DNA of 64,000 nucleotides from Candidatus Woesearchaeota archaeon (GTDB lineage Archaea; Nanobdellota; Nanobdellia; SCGC-AAA011-G17; GW2011-AR18): NCBI GenBank assembly GCA_018302765.1, contig JAGVZG010000003.1, positions 11,081 to 75,080 of the forward strand, read 5' to 3'. Shown piece by piece: positions 1 to 9,935 of this stretch (position 1 is its first letter; each line of letters starts with the position of its first letter). The notes under the pieces were generated by a model. It saw only the letters and a program-made list of their open reading frames with translations, ran no database searches and was not told where the DNA came from. The position numbers and the translations under genes were made by a program.

Positions 1-93
1 AATCACAAATTTAGGATTTATCTTGACTTTATTTAATGCTCTTCCTGTAATATCAAAATACCTATTTAATTTATCATCAGTTACTTCTTTCAT
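1..93 (-). CDS. Partial hypothetical ORF (N-terminus only, runs off the window start)
   Basis: Minus-strand ATG at 91-93 opens a frame (MKEVTDDKLNRYFDITGRALNKVKINPKFVI...) with no stop before position 1. It lies 37 bp downstream of the surface-protein gene on the same strand. No recognisable domain. Confidence 0.2.
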   Translation of the reverse strand, partial: MKEVTDDKLNRYFDITGRALNKVKINPKFVI

Positions 94-129
94 ATAAAAA
101 ACAAAAACTATAGGATTAAAAGTTTTTCC

Positions 130-2037
130 CTAATTAAACATATTAAACAATCCACCACTTGGCTTATCTTTATTATTGCTACTTTGTTGGTGCCTGACAA
201 ACTCATTATGCGAATTCATCTTCTCATGTTCTCTGATGCTTTGTTGTAATCTCCTCTTCCAGTCTTCAACATCTTCTTGAGTTGCCTTGCCATATTCAGT
301 CTTAGGACTGTCTTTTCTAATACCTCTGGTTCTCAACTCATCCAACTTTTTTTGTGCCAGCAAATAATCATCTTGTGAACTATTAACTTTAATTTTATTT
401 GCTCTGTTTTTCTTAGCAATGAATAAAAGATATAATATCCCACAGCAAAGCACAATAAGCACTGCAAACAACATAGTCTTTCTGCCCGTACTGCTAACAT
501 TTTTAGCAACGTTACCTGTAATCTTATTACTGCTAAATAGAGATTTACTTTTTGGTATAGAAACGCTATCAAAATATTTTCCAATAAAAGGAATAGTAAA
601 ATTATAAAAACCAGGTGAGAATAATTTATCCAATTTTATTTCATCTTTATCGCCAACTTTTAAATTGATATTTTTACTTTTTACTAGTTCATTGCCTTTT
701 ATGTCTAAAAGACCTTTGTAAGGAACATTGCCAGTATTCTCTACAACCAGATTAGTTCCTTGTATATTAGCATCTAATTTTTTATATTCTCTGACATTAA
801 ATGCAACTTCACTGCCTAAACCCAACCCACTAACAACAACTTTCCACAAACCAGGAATGGCTGCTTTAGGCAAAATAAAACTATTCAATACCCCAGTTCT
901 TACAGCTTTAGAAGAAACAACCTTGCCTTTATTATTCAAAAGATCGACATTGACACTTTCGCTAATTTCATCTCCAGCCTGGTCATAAAGAAAAACAGTA
1001 AATTCAACACTCTGTTCAGGATCATAACTTGAGGAAACTAAATCAAGGCTCAAGACAGTTGGAATTGGCTGCACATTAAATTCAATAGCCTTAGCAGCGT
1101 AATTTCCATCATCATCATAAGCAACAACACCAATACTATGGCTTCCTGATTTAATTTTCTCAGATATAATATAATTAACTGAAAAAGTTTCTGCATTACT
1201 ACTTAATTTTGCATTCCTTATAATGTCATCAAAATCAAAATCTAAATTTATATTTCTAAGTTGATTATTTAGATTACTGCTAACATATCCATTTAAATTC
1301 AAACTGTCTCCTGGAGAATAAAAATTCTTATCTAAAACAGTATTTACATTTAGATTACTATCAATTACAAAATTAAATAAGCCATCAAATGAAACAAAGT
1401 TTCCAAAGTTATCCTTTACCAAAACATCAACAAAATAATTACCAGGTGTAATTTTAGTTAATACTTTCTTATAATCAACTAATCCATGAATAACTTCTAT
1501 AGTATCTATAAGAATAACTTTTTTATCCTGTCTGAAAGATAAAACCAAAACGCCATCAGCTACAAGACCACTTTGCTTGAGAACAGATCCTTTTACAATT
1601 AAAGTATCTCCTAACTGAAAACCTTTCTTATTTATTTCAAAACCAGTCTTCAACTTATTGCTTAACTCAAAAGACCCTATATTTTTAGACTCAATAGAAT
1701 TTCCATCAAGGTCAACAAGATTAGCCATTAAACTGCATCTTCCAAAAATTGTTGTAGGCAATGTTATTAAATTAGAAAACTGTGAAGGTTGGTCTGCCTT
1801 TAAATTAAGCAAAGTTGTTGTGACTTGTACATTTTGAGAGCCACAATCCAAAAATAGATCTAAATTTGTCCTGATATCTTTGACACTAGTTACAGTTCCC
1901 TCAACTAAAATCTTATCGCCCAGATTATAAATACTAGAAGTCAAAGAACTAGAATCAATCGTGGCATTGACTAAAGGTAAAATTAAAACAAGTAACAAAA
2001 TAATTGAAAATAATTTTATCACCTTCATATCATTCAT
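130..2037 (-). CDS. Secreted cell-surface (S-layer-like) protein with repeated beta-sandwich-like modules, C-terminal TM anchor and charged cytoplasmic tail
   Basis: N-terminal signal peptide (MKVIKLFSIILLLVLILPLVNA). Repeated ~85-aa modules carry recurring LGDxLxVxGxV/PGD motifs. Several N-x-S/T sequons (NAT, NFT, NVSS, NSI). Single C-terminal TM (MLFAVLIVLCCGILYLLFIA) followed by a ~100-aa K/R/E/Q-rich tail. Confidence 0.6.
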   Translation of the reverse strand: MNDMKVIKLFSIILLLVLILPLVNATIDSSSLTSSIYNLGDKILVEGTVTSVKDIRTNLDLFLDCGSQNVQVTTTLLNLKADQPSQFSNLITLPTTIFGRCSLMANLVDLDGNSIESKNIGSFELSNKLKTGFEINKKGFQLGDTLIVKGSVLKQSGLVADGVLVLSFRQDKKVILIDTIEVIHGLVDYKKVLTKITPGNYFVDVLVKDNFGNFVSFDGLFNFVIDSNLNVNTVLDKNFYSPGDSLNLNGYVSSNLNNQLRNINLDFDFDDIIRNAKLSSNAETFSVNYIISEKIKSGSHSIGVVAYDDDGNYAAKAIEFNVQPIPTVLSLDLVSSSYDPEQSVEFTVFLYDQAGDEISESVNVDLLNNKGKVVSSKAVRTGVLNSFILPKAAIPGLWKVVVSGLGLGSEVAFNVREYKKLDANIQGTNLVVENTGNVPYKGLLDIKGNELVKSKNINLKVGDKDEIKLDKLFSPGFYNFTIPFIGKYFDSVSIPKSKSLFSSNKITGNVAKNVSSTGRKTMLFAVLIVLCCGILYLLFIAKKNRANKIKVNSSQDDYLLAQKKLDELRTRGIRKDSPKTEYGKATQEDVEDWKRRLQQSIREHEKMNSHNEFVRHQQSSNNKDKPSGGLFNMFN

Positions 2038-2319
2038 TCAAGTGAATTTATTTATAAATGTTTGTATGTTAAAAAACAAACTAAAGAAAAGTTTATATAG
2101 AAACAATAAATCAAAAAATTATATGGTAATAAACAAAAATCAAAACCAAATACATTTTCTGCTAGACATAACTACCTATTAAGCTTTATCATAGACCACA
2201 ATATTCTAAATAATTAAAATGAATATAAAAAATAAAAATTTAAAATGTAGCTCTAAAAAAGAGCAATTCTGTATAAACAAAAGGAGGTTAGTTTTAAATA
2301 TAAAACTAAACATGAAAAA

Positions 2320-4035
2320 ATGATGGCAAACCTAGAAAATCTAAGGCATTCAGCAGCACACCTACTTGCTTGTACAGTTAAGCAACTTTGGCCGGGGGCT
2401 AAAAATGCAATTGGTCCTGCAATAGAAGATGGATTTTACCAAGACTTTGATATGGGTGATATTAAATTATCTGAAAGTGATTTCGAAAAAATCGAAAAGA
2501 GAATGTATGAAATTATAAAAAATTGGAATAAATTCACAACTAAAGAAGTGTCAGTTCAGCAAGCAAAAAAGGACTTTGCAGATAATCCCTACAAATTAGA
2601 ATTAATAGATGAATTCGCAAAAGAAGGCAAAAAAATCACAGAAAACAATCCCGGCAACTTTCTAGATTTATGTAAGGGCGGTCATATAGAAAATCCAGAT
2701 AAAGAATTAAAATACTTTAAATTGTTAAAGATAGCAGGCGCATACTGGCGTGGAAATGAAAAAAATAAAATGCTTACAAGAATTTACGGCACAGCATTTC
2801 CCACAAAAAAAGAATTAGATGATTACTTGAATATATTAGAAGAAGTAAAGAAAAGAGATCATAGAGTTATAGGCAAAGAATTGGATCTGTTTTCATTTCA
2901 TGAAGAAGCACCAGGAATGCCATTCCTGCATGCAAAGGGCATGATCATCTGGGACGAATTAATAAATTATTGGAAAGAAGTCCATAACAAAGCGGATTAT
3001 AAACTAATTAAAACTCCAATAATATTAAACAAAAACTTGTGGTTAACTTCTCAACATTGGATACACTATAAAGAAAGCATGTATATATTAAAAATAGATA
3101 AAGAAGATTACGCAGTAAAACCAATGAACTGTCCAGGAAGCATTCTGATTTACAAAACAAATCTTCGTTCATATAGAGATCTACCATTAAAATTAGGAGA
3201 AATTGGATTAGTGCACAGGCACGAACTTTCCGGGGTGCTTTCTGGCATGTTTAGGGTCAGAAGTTTCCATCAAGATGATGCACATATATTCTGCACAGAA
3301 GACCAAATAGAAGAAGAAGTAATAAATATAATTAATCTATTTGACGAAGTCTACAAAAAATTCAACTTAAGTTACAATCTAGAACTCTCTACAAGACCAG
3401 AAAAATCAATGGGTACTGATGAAGAATGGAAGAGAGCAGAAAAAGCATTGGAAAATGCAATAAAAAAGAAAAAATTAGAGTACAAATTAAATCCTGGAGA
3501 TGGCGCATTCTATGGCCCGAAAATAGATTTTCATATTAAAGATGCAATAGGAAGAAAATGGCAATGTGGTACAATACAATTGGATTTTCAACAACCGCAA
3601 AACTTTGACTTGAGTTATGAAGGACCTGATGGAAAAAAACACAGGCCAACAATGTTGCATAGAGTAGTATATGGCTCTATGGAAAGAATATTTGGCATTC
3701 TTATAGAACACTACGCAGGTAAATTCCCAGTTTGGTTATCACCAGTTCAAGTTGTCTTAATGACTATAGCAGATCGACATGTAAGCTATGCTAAAAAGCT
3801 GCAAGAAGAATTAAAAAATTTAAATATTAGAGTCGAATTAGACGACAGGCAAGAGAGTATATCTAAAAAAGTAAGAGACAATCAACTACAGCATTTCCCA
3901 TACCTAATAACTATTGGAGACAAAGAAATAGAAACAGAAAATCTGGCAATTAGAAATAGAGACAATAAAGTTACAAATATCAAAAAAGAAGACTTTGTAA
4001 ATTATTTAATTAAGGAAATAAAAGAGAGAATATAG
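2320..4035 (+). CDS. thrS: Threonyl-tRNA synthetase, bacterial type, with N2 editing domain but no N1/TGS domain
   Basis: Editing-site HxxxH motif (LRHSAAHLL) at residues 8-16. Class II aaRS motifs (HRDLPLKLGEIGLVHRHE, FRVRSFHQDDAHIFC). C-terminal anticodon-binding domain. 571 aa versus ~640 aa for full-length bacterial ThrRS. Confidence 0.9.
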   Translation: MMANLENLRHSAAHLLACTVKQLWPGAKNAIGPAIEDGFYQDFDMGDIKLSESDFEKIEKRMYEIIKNWNKFTTKEVSVQQAKKDFADNPYKLELIDEFAKEGKKITENNPGNFLDLCKGGHIENPDKELKYFKLLKIAGAYWRGNEKNKMLTRIYGTAFPTKKELDDYLNILEEVKKRDHRVIGKELDLFSFHEEAPGMPFLHAKGMIIWDELINYWKEVHNKADYKLIKTPIILNKNLWLTSQHWIHYKESMYILKIDKEDYAVKPMNCPGSILIYKTNLRSYRDLPLKLGEIGLVHRHELSGVLSGMFRVRSFHQDDAHIFCTEDQIEEEVINIINLFDEVYKKFNLSYNLELSTRPEKSMGTDEEWKRAEKALENAIKKKKLEYKLNPGDGAFYGPKIDFHIKDAIGRKWQCGTIQLDFQQPQNFDLSYEGPDGKKHRPTMLHRVVYGSMERIFGILIEHYAGKFPVWLSPVQVVLMTIADRHVSYAKKLQEELKNLNIRVELDDRQESISKKVRDNQLQHFPYLITIGDKEIETENLAIRNRDNKVTNIKKEDFVNYLIKEIKERI

Positions 4036-4036
4036 A

Positions 4037-5257
4037 TTGAAAAAACAAAATATAAATAAAATAATACTACTAATATTTACAATAATAATATTTTTATTAA
4101 TTCTGGAGTTTGGATTAAGAATTTTTTATCCTCAAAATGTATACAATGAATGTAATCCAGAATTCCCAGTCAAGCATGAACCAATAGAACCGCACCCAAT
4201 ATACAGTTGGGCGCCGATTAAAAATTTTAAAGGTTGTTATTATTCAAAATTTACTCATGAAAATATAATATACAAGACAAATAATTTGGGACTTAGAATG
4301 GAAAATGAAGTATCTTTGATAAAAACAAAAAAGAGAGTATTGCTTCTAGGTGATTCATTTACATTTGGAGCATACTTAAATGAAAAAGATACTTACTATT
4401 ATAAATTACAAAAATATCTGGGAGAAGATTATGAAGTAATAAACATGGGTATAATTGGCTATGGGAGCGATCAAGAGATACTAAACTATCTCTATGAAGG
4501 AGCAAAACTACAACCAGATATTGTGGTTGTAAATATTTTTGGAAATGATTACTCAGATAACTTAAACGGATTTTCTTCAGATGTTCCAAAGAATTATTTT
4601 GACTTAAGAACAGAGCCAGAGCTAAAAGAAAAAGTAACAGATGAAAATAATACTTATTATATTATAGATTACGATATATTAGAAAAATACGCAGTATTGG
4701 TATTAACAAATGAAAATGAGATAGTACAAACTACAAATAATAAGAGTAAAGAAACAAATGATTTTTTAAGCAAATATTCTCATATATATACATTGATAAA
4801 AGAAACATTGAAAAAAGAAGAAAGTAAAGTTGAACCTTATGAGTCAATAAATGATACACAATCACAATTTTATTTGTTAAATAAAAACGATAGTGCATTA
4901 TCTAATATAAGTTTGGCAGTAGGATTTAAGATTTTTATAGAAATGAACAAGATAGCTGCTTCTAGTGATTCAAAAATAATATTTGTTAATATACCATTTA
5001 GATTTCAACATGATGAAAAATATAGAAATCAAGTTATAAAACGTTATGCAGGAATGGAAAATGAAGTTTTTTATCTAAAGAAAATAAACAAAGTGCAAGA
5101 GGATTTTATGAAACATTTCAGTTACAATTATCTGGATTTAATGCCTAACTTTGAAAACAGCTCAGGCCTATATCTAAAAGGAGATCTACATTGGAATAAA
5201 AAAGGAGCAGACCTGGCAGCGCAAAAAGTATCAGAATATATAAAGAATCTAAAATAA
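4037..5257 (+). CDS. Membrane-anchored SGNH/GDSL-family hydrolase (putative glycan O-acyl esterase or O-acetyltransferase), paralog 1
   Basis: N-terminal TM. Block I GDSF motif (LLLGDSFTFGAY). Conserved FVNIPFRFQHDE block. C-terminal DLHWN (DxxH/DHHW-like) motif. Low-complexity central insert. Confidence 0.55.
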   Translation: MKKQNINKIILLIFTIIIFLLILEFGLRIFYPQNVYNECNPEFPVKHEPIEPHPIYSWAPIKNFKGCYYSKFTHENIIYKTNNLGLRMENEVSLIKTKKRVLLLGDSFTFGAYLNEKDTYYYKLQKYLGEDYEVINMGIIGYGSDQEILNYLYEGAKLQPDIVVVNIFGNDYSDNLNGFSSDVPKNYFDLRTEPELKEKVTDENNTYYIIDYDILEKYAVLVLTNENEIVQTTNNKSKETNDFLSKYSHIYTLIKETLKKEESKVEPYESINDTQSQFYLLNKNDSALSNISLAVGFKIFIEMNKIAASSDSKIIFVNIPFRFQHDEKYRNQVIKRYAGMENEVFYLKKINKVQEDFMKHFSYNYLDLMPNFENSSGLYLKGDLHWNKKGADLAAQKVSEYIKNLK

Positions 5258-6537
5258 TGAAAAAAATAAATATAGAATATATAAAAAAATTAACTCTGTT
5301 AATAGTTACAATAATACTCTTCTTAATAATATTTGAATTGGCGATGAGGTTGATTTTTGCAGGATCATTAAAACTCAACTGCGAAATTATGAAGCCAGAT
5401 GAAAATGTAATAAAAGACAATTTTATAGGATGGAACTCACCAAAATCATTCAACGGTTGTTTCATAGATATAGATAGAAACAAATTAATTCATTATAAAA
5501 CAAACAAAGAAGGCGCAAAAGGCAATGAAGAAATTAATCAAACTAAAGAAAAGAAAAGAATATTGCTTATAGGAGATTCCTTTCTACAAAATGCCAAGGT
5601 AGATGATGAATATTCTTTGAATAAAATATTAAGTAATTATTTAAACAATGAATATGAAGTTATAAATATGGGGGTTAGCGGTTATGGTACAACTCAAGAA
5701 ATTTTAAAACTAACAACTGAAGGAACAAAACTACAACCAGATATTGTTATTATATTTATATTTTTAAATGATTATTCAGATAATACAGCCCTAGGGCCAA
5801 AACCGCTAATGCTTATAAACAAAATACCAGAAGACATTTCAAAGCCAACAGAATTAAACTTTAGTAAATACAAAGAAATTTTTGCAAATAATAAACTGAT
5901 CTTACTTAATACAAGTCAAGTAGTTTCACTTCGAGATAATAATGATAAAATAATTTATGTCAATATGAGCCAATATATGGTGAATAATGAAAAAAACAAC
6001 AAAAGATACAGCAAATTCTACAAAAACTTTCTTATAGTTTCATTCATAGAAAAAAAATTAGATGCAATAAAAAGTATAGAAAAAAAGAAAAATGATAAAT
6101 ATGAAGACGTAAATCATGTTTCAATATATTATTTGTTAGAAAAAAATTTTTATGAAAATCCTGACCACAATAAAAAAAAATCAATACTATTGACTTACCA
6201 TATTATATATGGAATGGAAAAATATGGAAGAGAAAATAATTATACAACAATATTTGTTAATATACCATTTAGATTTCAGCATGATGAAGAATACAGAGAA
6301 ACAGTAATAAATAATTATGCAGGAATGGAAAAAGTGGAGTTTGAGTTAGAAAAAATAAATGAAATTCAAACAAATTTTATGAAAGAATTTGATTTTAATT
6401 ATATAGATCTATTACCAATAATTAAAAATCAAACAGAGCAAGAAGAAATATACCTTCCATTAGAATACCATTGGAGTGAAAAAGGTAATGACTTTGTAGC
6501 AAAGGAGCTCGTTAATTATATAAAAAACTTAAAATAA
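5257..6537 (+). CDS. Membrane-anchored SGNH/GDSL-family hydrolase, paralog 2
   Basis: Same architecture as 4037-5257: N-terminal TM, LLIGDSF, FVNIPFRFQHDE, EYHWSEKG. Tandem duplicate. Confidence 0.55.
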   Translation: MKKINIEYIKKLTLLIVTIILFLIIFELAMRLIFAGSLKLNCEIMKPDENVIKDNFIGWNSPKSFNGCFIDIDRNKLIHYKTNKEGAKGNEEINQTKEKKRILLIGDSFLQNAKVDDEYSLNKILSNYLNNEYEVINMGVSGYGTTQEILKLTTEGTKLQPDIVIIFIFLNDYSDNTALGPKPLMLINKIPEDISKPTELNFSKYKEIFANNKLILLNTSQVVSLRDNNDKIIYVNMSQYMVNNEKNNKRYSKFYKNFLIVSFIEKKLDAIKSIEKKKNDKYEDVNHVSIYYLLEKNFYENPDHNKKKSILLTYHIIYGMEKYGRENNYTTIFVNIPFRFQHDEEYRETVINNYAGMEKVEFELEKINEIQTNFMKEFDFNYIDLLPIIKNQTEQEEIYLPLEYHWSEKGNDFVAKELVNYIKNLK

Positions 6538-6684
6538 AGCATAAACAAATGGACTTAAGGCACTGCTATGTGCAAATACTATAAGAACTCCAACAAGCAG
6601 TAACATAATTAATATTGGTAACAGCCACCATTTCTTGTTAATTTTCATAAAATCCCATAAATCACCAAATAAAGTCTTAGCCAT
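6529..6684 (-). CDS. Candidate 51-aa single-TM small protein (below the 60-aa cutoff of the ORF track)
   Basis: ATG lies 4 bp after the stop of the 6688-7770 gene on the same strand. Sequence MAKTLFGDLWDFMKINKKWWLLPILIMLLLVGVLIVFAHSSALSPFVYALF: amphipathic N-terminus, then one TM helix. Overlaps the convergent SGNH gene end by 9 bp. Confidence 0.25.
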   Translation of the reverse strand: MAKTLFGDLWDFMKINKKWWLLPILIMLLLVGVLIVFAHSSALSPFVYALF

Positions 6685-6687
6685 AAA

Positions 6688-7770
6688 TTAATCAATTAAT
6701 TTGTCATTTATTAATTTTTCGTAAATAAAATCAGCTGCTAGACTATTGCCTAGAATATTCCAGTGTCCATCATGTTTATAATAAGTTTCATTAGAAATAC
6801 TAGAATCAAAAAATACCTTGCGCATGTCATAACAGATAATACCTAACTTATTACAAATATTTAAAGTAATATCAGTAGGCCTACTAAGATTATAATTATA
6901 TACATCAAAAGTATTATCGCTGAAACTATAAACTTGTTCTTTTGCAGGAACAATAAAAACAACCAATTTAGAACCTGAAGAATTAACAGCATCATTAAAT
7001 TTAGACAATAATAATTCTGTAACATTCCAAGCATCGCCCCATTCTTTTGTGTAATTATTTGAATAAACACCATAAAACACTGGAGGAGTATTTGTACCAT
7101 TCATAGAACTTGAACCAGATAATAACTTTCTCTGTAATAAAACTAAACTACGGAATAAATTGCTTTTTCCATAAATATATTTAAAAAAAGTCTTTATTTT
7201 TCCAGGTTGTTTTGGATATATAATAGTACTATTTACATAAAAAGGAACTTTTGTATCTTGCTCCAAGTAAACAGAATTATCATAAGGATCATTCAATGGA
7301 AGAAACATTAAAACAACTAAATCAGGACTGTATTCTACGCCAGATTTATTAAACATAATTAATTCCTGAAGTGTTCCATAACCACTTACACCCATAGAAA
7401 CAACTTCATATTTTCCTAAATAAGATAATTTATTACCTAATAATTGACTAAATGAATTTTCCAAAGGAACTTGCAATGCTTCAACAAAAGAGTCTCCAAC
7501 AACAAGAATTCTAAAACTGTCTTTATTATAAAAATCTCTTTCAACGTCTCTGAATCCTTGAGAATTAATTTTTACATTGATATCAAAATCTTGTGATATA
7601 TACCTGCCTTCCTTACCAGGAATAAGAGAATATCCAAGATCTTTATCATGACGCCAAAAATCGTTAGAAACTGGAAAAAATAATTGGCTTACAAACTCAA
7701 GAAAAACTAAGGATATTATCAATGCACATACTAATAAAATAAATCTCTTAATCACTAGCATATTTTTCAC
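6688..7770 (-). CDS. Membrane-anchored SGNH/GDSL-family hydrolase, paralog 3
   Basis: N-terminal TM, ILVVGDSFVEA (GDS block), VSMGVSGYG, C-terminal HDGHWN motif. Shares the blocks of the two upstream paralogs. Confidence 0.55.
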   Translation of the reverse strand: MKNMLVIKRFILLVCALIISLVFLEFVSQLFFPVSNDFWRHDKDLGYSLIPGKEGRYISQDFDINVKINSQGFRDVERDFYNKDSFRILVVGDSFVEALQVPLENSFSQLLGNKLSYLGKYEVVSMGVSGYGTLQELIMFNKSGVEYSPDLVVLMFLPLNDPYDNSVYLEQDTKVPFYVNSTIIYPKQPGKIKTFFKYIYGKSNLFRSLVLLQRKLLSGSSSMNGTNTPPVFYGVYSNNYTKEWGDAWNVTELLLSKFNDAVNSSGSKLVVFIVPAKEQVYSFSDNTFDVYNYNLSRPTDITLNICNKLGIICYDMRKVFFDSSISNETYYKHDGHWNILGNSLAADFIYEKLINDKLID

Positions 7771-9496
7771 TATCCCAAATGTCTCTTTTATTGTCTTCTC
7801 TTGAAACTAAATATTTGCCTAGTACTAAATAATCAATTCCAGTACCCATCATACAGCGGTATGCATCATAAGGTGTACAAACAATAGGCTCACCTCTTAT
7901 ATTAAATGAAGTATTTATTAAAATAGGTATTCCACTTAATTTCCCAAATTCTTTTATTAAATCATAATATAAAATATTCTGTTCCCTGCGTATAACTTGT
8001 AATCTACCAGTACCATCAATATGTGTTACTGCGGGAATTAACTTTCTCTTTTCCTTCTTTATTGGATACACCATAAGCATAAAATCTGCAGCTAAAGGTA
8101 ATTCTCCCTTTACATCAAAATAATCTTTAACGTCTTCTACACAAATAACTGGCGCAAAAGGTCTGAAATTTTCCCTGTGCTTAACCTTTAAGTTTAAAAT
8201 GTCTTGCATCTTGGGATTGCAAGGATTAGATAATATACTTCTGGCACCTAAAGCCCTAGGTCCGAATTCCATTCTTCCTTGCAACCAGCCTAGAACTTTA
8301 TTACTATAAATCAACTTGGCAACAGTCTTGACAAGTTCATCATCATCTTTAAATTCCTGATATTTTATTGCACCGCTATCCAGAAACTTTTTTATTTCTT
8401 GATCACTATAACCTGGGCCAAGATAAGCATCTTTCATAAGATGTTTTCTTTCTTTTTTAAAAATAGAAAAATAAACATAAGCAGCAGCGCCAACACTAGT
8501 TCCACCATCACCAGCAGCCGGCTGAATAAACAAATTCTTGAAATTGGTATTTGTAAAAATTTTTCCATTGGCAACACTATTCAAAGCAACGCCGCCAGCC
8601 ATGCACAAGTTAGGGCATTTATATTTTTCATATAAGTTATCAAGTATTTTAAAAAGACATTCCTCTAAAAAACTTTGTAAAGAAGCAGCAATATCCTTAT
8701 GTCTTTGCATCATTTCTTCATTGCTTTTTCTGGCAGGACCAAACTCCTCAATAAATTTCTTGCTTGGCATAGCCATTTTATAATAATAAACAAAATAGTC
8801 CATATTGAGAGAAAAACTTCCATCGCTTTTTACATCTACAATTTTCTTGAACTTATCACAATAAATTGGTTTTCCATAAGCACTTAGTCCCATAGTTTTA
8901 TACTCTGAATTGTTCACAGACATTCCCAAATAACCAGTAACAGCACTATACAATAAGCCTAAAGAATGTGGAAACTTTATTTCTTTCTCTATCTTTATCT
9001 CACTTCCATAAGCAACACCATAAGTAGAAGTCGCCCACTCGCCAACTCCATCCAATGTCAAAACAACTGCTTTATCATAAGGGCTAAAAAAATACGAACT
9101 AGCAGCATGGGCCAAATGATGATCAATAAAATAAACATCACCTTTATACTTAAGCCTATTTCTTATAATACGCCTAATAACTAATTTTTCATTTAGCCAC
9201 GAAGGCATAGTTTTATAGAAAGCTAAAAATCCCCTAGGAAAACTGTGTAAAAACTGATGAAGCACTCTATCAAACTTAAGAAGTGGTTTTTCATAGAATG
9301 CTATGCAGTCAACTTTATCTATAATCACATCAGCCTCATTGAGACAATAATTAATTGCATTCATAGGAAAACCAAAGTCATGTTTCTTTCTAGTAAATCT
9401 TTCTTCCTCAGCAGCAGCAACTAATTTTCCGTCAACAATTATTGATGCTGAAGAATCATGAAAAAATGCAGATATTCCCAAAACAATCATTTTCAA
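7748..9496 (-). CDS. Carbamoyltransferase, NodU/CmcH/NovN family (O-carbamoylation of a sugar hydroxyl)
   Basis: N-terminal Kae1/HypF-like ASKHA domain (MIVLGISAFFHDSSASIIVDGKLVAAAEEERFTRKKHD). Length ~580 aa with a YrdC-like C-terminal half, typical of NodU-type carbamoyltransferases. Confidence 0.8.
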   Translation of the reverse strand: MKMIVLGISAFFHDSSASIIVDGKLVAAAEEERFTRKKHDFGFPMNAINYCLNEADVIIDKVDCIAFYEKPLLKFDRVLHQFLHSFPRGFLAFYKTMPSWLNEKLVIRRIIRNRLKYKGDVYFIDHHLAHAASSYFFSPYDKAVVLTLDGVGEWATSTYGVAYGSEIKIEKEIKFPHSLGLLYSAVTGYLGMSVNNSEYKTMGLSAYGKPIYCDKFKKIVDVKSDGSFSLNMDYFVYYYKMAMPSKKFIEEFGPARKSNEEMMQRHKDIAASLQSFLEECLFKILDNLYEKYKCPNLCMAGGVALNSVANGKIFTNTNFKNLFIQPAAGDGGTSVGAAAYVYFSIFKKERKHLMKDAYLGPGYSDQEIKKFLDSGAIKYQEFKDDDELVKTVAKLIYSNKVLGWLQGRMEFGPRALGARSILSNPCNPKMQDILNLKVKHRENFRPFAPVICVEDVKDYFDVKGELPLAADFMLMVYPIKKEKRKLIPAVTHIDGTGRLQVIRREQNILYYDLIKEFGKLSGIPILINTSFNIRGEPIVCTPYDAYRCMMGTGIDYLVLGKYLVSREDNKRDIWDSEKYASD

Positions 9497-9795
9497 AAAG
9501 GTCTATAAAAATCCTCCCTATTCCTTTCACCAATTATACTATTTTCCCAATAAGTAGATTTCTTCTTACTCTTACCCATGTCAAGAAACTTCTTTCCTGC
9601 AATTTTTGCAATAACAGAAACTAAACCAATACCAACTATAAAAACTACAAACAATAAAACAAAATTGATTAAACTACTTATAAACTTACCAAATTTACCA
9701 AATCCTTCATACAATCCTTTAAAAAGTAATAGCATCTTTGCCATAGCTCCTATAAAAAGAATAAATAAAAAAAACTGAAAGTACAAAAAAAGCAA
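9493..9795 (-). CDS. Small 2-TM membrane protein, translationally coupled to the carbamoyltransferase
   Basis: Two hydrophobic helices plus a charged C-tail. Its stop overlaps the carbamoyltransferase start by 4 bp (ATGA coupling). Confidence 0.35.
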   Translation of the reverse strand: MLFLYFQFFLFILFIGAMAKMLLLFKGLYEGFGKFGKFISSLINFVLLFVVFIVGIGLVSVIAKIAGKKFLDMGKSKKKSTYWENSIIGERNREDFYRPF

Positions 9796-9935
9796 TTAAC
9801 AATATATAATAATAACTAAAAAATCTTTTTAGCCAAATTAGGTATAAAATCGTCAAAAATATAAGACAAGATAAATAAAAACCTACAAAATAACTTATCT
9901 TATAACCCAATGTATCTCTAGAAGGGATAAATTCC

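Noticed and set aside
2281..2289. A GGAGG Shine-Dalgarno-like motif upstream of thrS.
   Set aside because: It lies ~33 nt upstream of the start codon, too far for ribosome-binding function. It may be part of a BRE/TATA context, but I cannot support a specific call.
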